DNA of 64,000 nucleotides, taken from NCBI GenBank assembly GCA_965197585.1, contig OZ240215.1:2720001-2784000 (forward strand), read 5' to 3'. How positions within the stretch are numbered: position 1 is the first letter of the stretch; every line of letters begins with the position of its first letter. The notes beneath the pieces are model-generated. The model saw nothing but the letters and a program-made list of their open reading frames with translations, had not been told where the DNA came from and searched no databases. The position numbers and the translations under genes are program-made. Of this stretch, positions 57,435 to 64,000 are shown piece after piece. This stretch comes from Dehalococcoidia bacterium. Lineage in GTDB: Bacteria; Chloroflexota; Dehalococcoidia; Plut-88900.

Positions 57435-60400
57435 TTAAGGATTGGCAGTAGTTACTGCGCCCTCACCGAGGCGGGGGGACAGGAGTTTAACGAGGCGGGG
57501 GGAATACTCCACCTGGACGCCGGGGACCTCCAAGTGAGTGATTCGGGAGCGTTCTTCGATTTGGAGGAAGAGGGCACTGGGGCCGGGACACTGCCTGGCT
57601 ATGGTTAGGGCGTCCTTGAGGACTTCGGCGTCCTGGGTGTCGTCTCCGGTCGCACGGATTTTGAGCCAGACTTCGCCGGGGGTGGTGGGAGGGGTATGGG
57701 GATGGATTTCCTCCGTGGCGGACCTTCGGCCTGCCTCCGCAGGAATGACGGTGCGGGTGGGGTTGGTGGGGGGATGGGGAATGTCGGGTGACCGGAGGGG
57801 ATGGATTCCTGCCTTCGCAGGAATGACGGTAGGGGCGGGGTTGGAGGAGGGATAGGGAATGTCGGGTGACCGGAGGGGATGGATTCCTGCCTTCGCAGGA
57901 ATGACGGAGGGGGTGGGGTGAGCGGCTCCATTTGCTGTTGGTTTAATTGATGGTTCGACATCTTCAACCGGCTCGGAGGCCGGAATGACGGGAGGAGTTT
58001 CGGACTCGTCGTCTTCGGCGGGGAGTTCGAACTTTTGGACGGAGTTGCAGTGGACGGAAACACTGTCACCGTTTCGGAGGCGGACCCTACCTTCCACTTT
58101 GAGAATCGATCCATCAACCCAGAGGGCCTGGGTCCTTTGGTAGACCTCTTTCCAACCGACGACCTCAATGGAGCCGGAAATGTCCTCCATGACCGCAGCG
58201 CCGAAGGGGTCGCCTCTTCTTGTGGTGCCAGTTCTAAAGGAGGACAGCTGCCCGACCAGTATCACATTTTGCCCATCCTGCTCGGGGATGATGTCTCCGC
58301 ACATGTTGGGTTCGATGTTGCCGAGATTGCGGTTAATGCGCGAAATGGGACTTTCGGCGAGGCTTGCGCCGAGCAGCTCTTTCTCCCAGGTCTCGGATTC
58401 GCCGGGCTGAATTCTTATCCGTTCAAGCTCAAGCTCGGGGAGGGGGGTTGCGACGGACGCACCCCATAGGTCGAACATGGTCGTTTGGCCTGAGTTTTTC
58501 AAGTCCGATTCCCTCTGGGACATGGAGAGGATACGGTCGATTCCTCCAAGCAAGGACCCGCGGTCTTCCAGAGAGTCCAGGGCCCCGACTTTTATGAGGC
58601 TCTCCAAGGCGCGCTTGTTGAGGTTGTGCAAGTTGGCCCTGCGGCACATGTCTTCGACGGACTTGAACGGGCCATCTTCCTGCCGGGCCTCGACGAGGGG
58701 GCGTACCGCACCATCGCCAACGTTCTTGACCGCAGATAGGCCGAACCTGATGGAGCTGGACCCGTTGTCGCGCTCCATGGTGAAGTCGATGTCGGACATG
58801 TTGATGTCGGGGCGGAGGACCTGGATGCCGAGCTTTCGGCACTCTTCCACTGCCGCAGAGGTGTGATCGGACTGGCCGGGGTGGCAGGTGAGTAGGGCGG
58901 TCATGAACTCCACGGGATAGTTGGCCTTCAGATAGGCAGTCCAGTAGGAGATCATGGCGTAGCTGACGCTGTGGGCCTTGTTGAATGCGTAACCGGCGAA
59001 GGGCAGTATCAGTTCGAACATGTACTCGGATAAATCCTGGGGGAACCCTTTGGCCTTGGCCCCTTGCAGGAACCGTTCCCGCTCCTCAGCCATGAGGGAG
59101 GCGATCTTCTTTCCCATCGCCTTCCGCACCACATCGGCCTGGCCGAGGCTGTAGCCAGCAAACATACGAAGGATAAGGAGCACCTGGTCCTGGTAAACGA
59201 TAACACCGTAGGTCTCCTCGAGGATGTCGGAGAGGGCAGGGTGGGGGTAGGTTACCTCGGCGCGCTGGTGCTTAGCTTCGATGAAGCGGGTTATGTGCTC
59301 CATTGGGCCGGGTCGGTAGAGTGCGATCATGGCAGCCACGTCATTGACGGACGTGGGTTTAAGCTGCTTGATGTATCTGCGCATCCCCGAGCTTTCCAGC
59401 TGGAAGATGCCGGTGGTCTCTCCGCTGGAGAGGTGGTCGAAGGTCTTCTTGTCATCGAGGGGAATGTCGTTAAGGGACATCCTGGCGCCCCCGCTCTTGG
59501 CGATGATGTCGAGGGCCTTGCCAAGGATGGTGAGGTTAATGAGGCCGAGGAAGTCCATCTTCAGGAGGCCCAGCTTGGCGATGGGGTCCATCGAGAACTG
59601 GGTTACGGCTATCTCCTCGCCGTCGCTGCGGGATGCCCGCTGGAGCGGGACGTAGTTGGTGAGGGGTTCCTGTGAGATGACGATGCCTGCGGCATGGGTG
59701 CTGGCGTGGCGGGCCACGCCCTCCAGCTTCTGGGCGGAGTCGACGAGCTTGCGGACGGCGTGGTCCTGATTGTAGTTGCTACTAAGGTCGGGGCTGGCCT
59801 TCATGGCTTCGTCGATGGACTTGACGCCGAAAGGCACCTGCTTGGCCACGTTGTCGACGATAGAGTAGGGCATTCCAAGGGCGCGCCCGACGTCCCTGAG
59901 GGCGGCACGAGCGCCAAGGGTGCCGAAGGTGACGATCTGGGCGACGTGTTCGGCGCCGTACTTGCGAGTGACGTAGGCGATGACTTCGTCCCGGCGGTCG
60001 TCCTGGAAGTCCAGGTCGATGTCGGGCATTTCGTTGCGCTCGATGTTGAGGAAACGCTCAAATACGAGGCCGTATTCCAGGGGGTCGATGTCGGTGATGC
60101 CGAGGCAGTAGAGGACTACGCTGCCGGCGGCGCTTCCCCGGACGCCGAACAGGATGCCGTTCTCCCTGGAATAGGAAGTAATGTCCATGACGACCAAGAA
60201 ATAGTTAGCGAACTGGGTCTTCTTGATGACGTCCAGCTCGTCCAGCAGGCGACGGCGGGCGGTCTCTCCCGCTCCGGGGTAGAGGCGCCGGAAGCCCTCT
60301 TCGCAAAGGGTTGCAAGATAGTCGTCGGCGTCTTCGCCGTGGGGGGTGGGGTAGTGGGGGAGGCGCAGGCGGTCGAACTCGATGGAGAGGTCGCACATAT

Positions 60401-61193
60401 CGGCGATGCGCATGGTGTTTTCGAGGGTATCGGGCAGGTCGGAGAAGAGCTGGCGCATCTCCTCGGGTGTCTTGAGGTAGAGGGAGTCGTCGGACATTTT
60501 CAGACGCTTCTCGTCCTGGACGTTGGTGTTGGTCTGGATGCAGAGGAGGATGTCCTGGACGCTGGCCTCGTCGCGGTGGATGTAGTGGACGTCGTTGGTG
60601 GCGACCAGGGGGATTTCGAGGTCATGGCTGAGGCGGAGGAGGCCCTCGTTTATAGGGGTCAGCATGTCGAGGTCGTGGCGCTGGATTTCCAGGTAATAGT
60701 CCTGGAAGACTTCACGGTACCAGCGGGCGGCGGCATAGGCGTCGTCCATGCGGCCTTCCAGGATGGCGCGCGGGACCTCGGCGGTGGGGCAGCCTGAGAG
60801 GACTATGAGGCCCTCATGGTGTTGTTCGAAGAGGGCCCTGTCCATGCGGGGCTTGTAGTAGAAGCCCTCCATGTTGGCCTTGGTGACCAGCTGTATAAGG
60901 TTGCGGTAGCCTGTCTCGTTCTTGGACAGGACAGTCAGGTGGTAGGGGGACTTCTCGGAGGGGGTCTTGGTACGGCGGTTGCTGTGGGCGACGTAGACCT
61001 CACAGCCGATGATGGGTTTGACGCCGGTCTTGTGGGCAGCGGAATAGAAATCGATGGCGCCGTAGAGGTTGCCGTGGTCGGTTAGAGCCATGCTCTCCAT
61101 CCCCAGGTCCCGGGCCCGCTGCATGAGGTTTGGGATGCGGCAAAGGCCATCCAACAGGCTGAATTCGGAATGGAGATGAAGGTGTGTATACAA
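57435..61193 (-). CDS. dnaE: DNA polymerase III alpha subunit
   Basis: HLHLHSEFSLLDG PHP, GSAAGS, MPDIDLDF, LLKMDFLGL, YAFNKAHS, OB fold. Confidence 0.98.
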   Translation of the reverse strand: MYTHLHLHSEFSLLDGLCRIPNLMQRARDLGMESMALTDHGNLYGAIDFYSAAHKTGVKPIIGCEVYVAHSNRRTKTPSEKSPYHLTVLSKNETGYRNLIQLVTKANMEGFYYKPRMDRALFEQHHEGLIVLSGCPTAEVPRAILEGRMDDAYAAARWYREVFQDYYLEIQRHDLDMLTPINEGLLRLSHDLEIPLVATNDVHYIHRDEASVQDILLCIQTNTNVQDEKRLKMSDDSLYLKTPEEMRQLFSDLPDTLENTMRIADMCDLSIEFDRLRLPHYPTPHGEDADDYLATLCEEGFRRLYPGAGETARRRLLDELDVIKKTQFANYFLVVMDITSYSRENGILFGVRGSAAGSVVLYCLGITDIDPLEYGLVFERFLNIERNEMPDIDLDFQDDRRDEVIAYVTRKYGAEHVAQIVTFGTLGARAALRDVGRALGMPYSIVDNVAKQVPFGVKSIDEAMKASPDLSSNYNQDHAVRKLVDSAQKLEGVARHASTHAAGIVISQEPLTNYVPLQRASRSDGEEIAVTQFSMDPIAKLGLLKMDFLGLINLTILGKALDIIAKSGGARMSLNDIPLDDKKTFDHLSSGETTGIFQLESSGMRRYIKQLKPTSVNDVAAMIALYRPGPMEHITRFIEAKHQRAEVTYPHPALSDILEETYGVIVYQDQVLLILRMFAGYSLGQADVVRKAMGKKIASLMAEERERFLQGAKAKGFPQDLSEYMFELILPFAGYAFNKAHSVSYAMISYWTAYLKANYPVEFMTALLTCHPGQSDHTSAAVEECRKLGIQVLRPDINMSDIDFTMERDNGSSSIRFGLSAVKNVGDGAVRPLVEARQEDGPFKSVEDMCRRANLHNLNKRALESLIKVGALDSLEDRGSLLGGIDRILSMSQRESDLKNSGQTTMFDLWGASVATPLPELELERIRIQPGESETWEKELLGASLAESPISRINRNLGNIEPNMCGDIIPEQDGQNVILVGQLSSFRTGTTRRGDPFGAAVMEDISGSIEVVGWKEVYQRTQALWVDGSILKVEGRVRLRNGDSVSVHCNSVQKFELPAEDDESETPPVIPASEPVEDVEPSIKPTANGAAHPTPSVIPAKAGIHPLRSPDIPYPSSNPAPTVIPAKAGIHPLRSPDIPHPPTNPTRTVIPAEAGRRSATEEIHPHTPPTTPGEVWLKIRATGDDTQDAEVLKDALTIARQCPGPSALFLQIEERSRITHLEVPGVQVEYSPRLVKLLSPRLGEGAVTTANP
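57698..57991. repeat. In-frame tandem REP-like palindromes inside dnaE (78-bp period)
   Basis: 53-bp identical block at 57777-829 and 57855-907; third copy at 57730-51; degenerate copy at 57968-91. Confidence 0.9.
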
Positions 61194-61361
61194 AGATAAA
61201 TGCCCCGCCCGGCACCTCCGATTATATCATCGGCACCCCCCCTGAAACGGCGCTGAAGAGGGGTTGTTTTCGGTGATTTCGGGGCGGTAGGAGAGTCTCG
61301 TTGACACCCCCAAACCGCTTTGCTAACCTCGACGCACTTTTGCTGTGCGAGGTTATGAAAA

Positions 61362-62315
61362 GTGATACTGGTGACGGGGGCGACGGGCTTTGTCGGGAGG
61401 CGGATAGTGACGCGGCTGGTGGAGCGAGGAGAAGAGGTGAGGCGGCTGGTGAGGCCCGTCCCCAATCCCCGAGCCTCGGGGTTGCCGGCGGTCCACTTTG
61501 TCACGGGAGACGTGACCGATCCCGACTCTCTGCGGGCTGCCTGCGACGGCGTAGACATGGTAGTCCACACCGTGGCGGTCATCAGGGAGAAGGGCCGGAC
61601 CACGTTCGAGGCAATAAACGTGCAGGGGACGCGCAATGTGGTGGAGGCGGCGGAGCAGGCCGGAGTGCGCAAGATAGTCCATCTGAGCGCGATTGGCGCG
61701 GGGCCCGACCCTCAATATCCATATCTGAGGTCGAAATGGGAGGGCGAGGAAGCAGTAGTCAACTCTAAATTGAGACACGTTGTATTGCGGCCCTCGCTGG
61801 TGTTCGGGCCTGGGGACGAGTTTATAAACGCCTTGGCTGCGACGATCAGGGTCGGGCCGGTGGTCCCGTTTATCGGGTCGGGAAATGCGAAGTTTCAGCC
61901 GATACACGTTGAGGACGTGGCACGGTGCGTGGACAGGGTGCTGATTGACGGCACCTACACCGGAGAGACCATCGAGATCGGTGGGCCGGACATCCTCAGC
62001 TACCGGCAGATAACGGACACGATCATCCGGAGGTTTGGCCGCATGCGGATTAAGGTGAGAGTACCAACTTCCATGATGCGTGCGGCGCTTCCGTTCCTGA
62101 AGATAGCCTCGCCTCACCCGCCGATCACTCGGGTTCAGTTGGACATGCTGAACATCGACAATGTGTCGGCGCACAGGTCCGTGGAAGCCAACTTCGACTT
62201 TCAGGCCCGCCCGCTAGATGGGAACATCGACTACATCCTGGACATGGGATGGAAGGAAGCCCTGTCCATAACGCTGGGACTCCGGCCTGCGAGGCGGTGG
62301 GGGGAGGGGGGATGA
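61362..62315 (+). CDS. NAD(P)-binding epimerase / NDUFA9-like atypical SDR
   Basis: VTGATGFVG, YLRSKWEGE, LRPSLVFG, FQPIHVEDVA. Confidence 0.9.
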   Translation: MILVTGATGFVGRRIVTRLVERGEEVRRLVRPVPNPRASGLPAVHFVTGDVTDPDSLRAACDGVDMVVHTVAVIREKGRTTFEAINVQGTRNVVEAAEQAGVRKIVHLSAIGAGPDPQYPYLRSKWEGEEAVVNSKLRHVVLRPSLVFGPGDEFINALAATIRVGPVVPFIGSGNAKFQPIHVEDVARCVDRVLIDGTYTGETIEIGGPDILSYRQITDTIIRRFGRMRIKVRVPTSMMRAALPFLKIASPHPPITRVQLDMLNIDNVSAHRSVEANFDFQARPLDGNIDYILDMGWKEALSITLGLRPARRWGEGG

Positions 62316-63199
62316 GGTTCATAGGAAACATAGCACTGGCTCTTTTGCTGTCGGGGTTGTTGGTGTCAGGATTGGCTTGCGGAGGTGAAGAGAGTGAATC
62401 TGCAGCCCTGGTGAAGAGCCGTCCTTCTCCAAGGGGCGTCTTGGATTTCATTCCATACGACATTGAGCGTACTGAAGTGTGGGATGTAAAGGGCATCCTT
62501 ACTTCAGGCATTCCTGAGCAGGAAGCGAAGGAGACTGAAGAGTATTTGCGGAACTATTACCTGGGGATGTTGGCGCCATTTCTCAACGATGTGGAAAGGA
62601 TAATCATAGCTGAAAGACACGAAGGCAAGGTGTGGATTCTGGAGGGTAACGTTGGATATGAACAAATCAGGGACGAGCTAGGAGACGAAAGATGGGAGGA
62701 GTGCCAGGGATATGATCTTTGGCTGGATGGACGCGATCCACAAAGAGCAGTTGCAGTGATAGACAACGGCGCATACGTATTACTTGGGAAAGAAGGACCT
62801 GTTAAGCATTTGCTGGGTTCTCTGAAAAACGGTCATGGATTCCTGTTGGACGACGAGAACGACGCAGTCGGGCGCACCCTTGTTAAAGCGATGGAGTGGG
62901 GCGAGGGGGGAACAGTGGTGGTATGGGACGATTGCCGTTCTGACGACTTTAGCGAATGCGAGTCTTTGGGAAACGTGGTCTCTCTGGTCACAGAGGAAGG
63001 TCAATATAAAGTTAAGCTGGTTTTTGTCCTCCTATTCCGCACAGAGTTAGCCGCTGAGGATGAGGCTTATAAGGTTGAGGAGCGCCTCCGCAAGGACTTC
63101 GAATCGGGCTCCGTTGAGGACGTATTTGTGGACGGTGAATTTGTAATAGTCAGTACGGCGGCGGACCTAGAGGAACTCTATTACCCTTATTTGCCATGA
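62312..63199 (+). CDS. Hypothetical lipoprotein
   Basis: MRFIGNIALALLLSGLLVSGLAC signal/lipobox; ATGA overlap with the upstream stop. Confidence 0.7.
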   Translation: MRFIGNIALALLLSGLLVSGLACGGEESESAALVKSRPSPRGVLDFIPYDIERTEVWDVKGILTSGIPEQEAKETEEYLRNYYLGMLAPFLNDVERIIIAERHEGKVWILEGNVGYEQIRDELGDERWEECQGYDLWLDGRDPQRAVAVIDNGAYVLLGKEGPVKHLLGSLKNGHGFLLDDENDAVGRTLVKAMEWGEGGTVVVWDDCRSDDFSECESLGNVVSLVTEEGQYKVKLVFVLLFRTELAAEDEAYKVEERLRKDFESGSVEDVFVDGEFVIVSTAADLEELYYPYLP

Positions 63200-63292
63200 C
63201 GTTTTACATCCCTTCACTATGAAACTTGGCAATTCATAGGGTCGAAACGGATGAACGGAAAGTCATTCACGTAAGAGCGTTAAAATAGACGC

Positions 63293-64000
63293 ATGGGAAA
63301 GACCTTGGACTACCGCTCGGCCTTGAAATACCTACTGGGGCTCACCAACTACGAAAAGTCGTTGAGGGAGCTTTACTCGCCGGGGAATGTTGACCTGGAG
63401 AGGGTGAGGGAGCTGTTGAGGCGGCTCGGCTCACCGGGGTCGGGGTTGGGGATAGTTCACATCGCCGGGACGAAGGGTAAGGGAAGCACGGCGGCGATGA
63501 TCTCTTCCGTCCTGCAAAAGGCCGGGTACCGAGTCGGGCTATTCACCTCCCCCCACCTCCACACATTCAGGGAGCGGGTGCAGATAAACAGGGAGCCGAT
63601 CTCGGCGGAGGACTTTGCAGGGGCGATGGAAAAGGTAAAGCCCCACGTCGAGGAGATCAACGCTGTCGGGGCGCATGGCTACATCACGACCTTCGAGGCA
63701 TTGACGGCGATGGCGCTGGTCTACTTCGCTGAGAAACAGGTGGAAGCCCTGGTATTCGAGGTCGGGGTGGGGGGCAGGCTGGATGCCACGAATGTAGTCA
63801 CTCCTGAGGTGAGCGTCATCACGTCGATAAGCCGAGACCACACCGAGCTGCTGGGCGATACTCTGCCGGAGATAGCCGGGGAGAAGGCGGGGATAATCAA
63901 GGAGGGGGTCCCGGTGGTGGTCGCACCGCAAGTGCCGGAGGTGGAGGAGGTGATAGGCGCGATAGCGCGGGAGCGGGGCTCGGAGATGGTGAACGTGGGG
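63293..64000 (+). CDS. folC: Folylpolyglutamate synthase / dihydrofolate synthase (3'-partial)
   Basis: HIAGTKGKGSTA, FTSPHL, RERVQIN, TTFE, EVGVGGRLDATNV, EKAGIIK. Confidence 0.95.
   Translation, partial: MGKTLDYRSALKYLLGLTNYEKSLRELYSPGNVDLERVRELLRRLGSPGSGLGIVHIAGTKGKGSTAAMISSVLQKAGYRVGLFTSPHLHTFRERVQINREPISAEDFAGAMEKVKPHVEEINAVGAHGYITTFEALTAMALVYFAEKQVEALVFEVGVGGRLDATNVVTPEVSVITSISRDHTELLGDTLPEIAGEKAGIIKEGVPVVVAPQVPEVEEVIGAIARERGSEMVNVG

Noticed and set aside
57698-57991. CRISPR mini-array or intein in dnaE
   Set aside because: The intervening sequences resemble each other, the frame is preserved, no cas genes are present, and there are no intein Cys/Ser-start or His-Asn-end motifs.

Overview
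GC-rich bacterial chromosome segment, most likely Chloroflexota (Dehalococcoidia/SAR202-like). A marine sponge symbiont is plausible, inferred from plant-type LRR lipoproteins and expanded CoA-transferase, M20 and flavoprotein paralogues. The backbone carries leuD (partial), three tandem acyl-CoA transferases, iscA-ygfZ, a split D-glutamate cyclase, mazG, a branched-chain-type 2-oxoacid dehydrogenase E1a/E1b/E2, moxR-DUF58-transglutaminase, ogt, dnaE and folC (partial). Accessory elements: (1) an AT-richer C5-methyltransferase/GIY-YIG/Vsr cassette next to an 8-codon stub of a CoA-transferase start; (2) a 4.1-kb IS1-family cargo transposon with 23-bp IRs and an 8-bp TSD, carrying an unannotated 46-aa Pro/Arg-rich peptide ORF with a near-consensus promoter, convergent on a 2-TM protein; (3) two IS1182 copies and one IS5, all inserted in or beside REP-like palindromes; (4) the same palindrome family inserted in frame as 78-bp tandem units in dnaE; (5) a RusA plus REase-HEPN pair. 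No CRISPR array, tRNA or rRNA was seen. Family calls come from motif recognition, not database searches.
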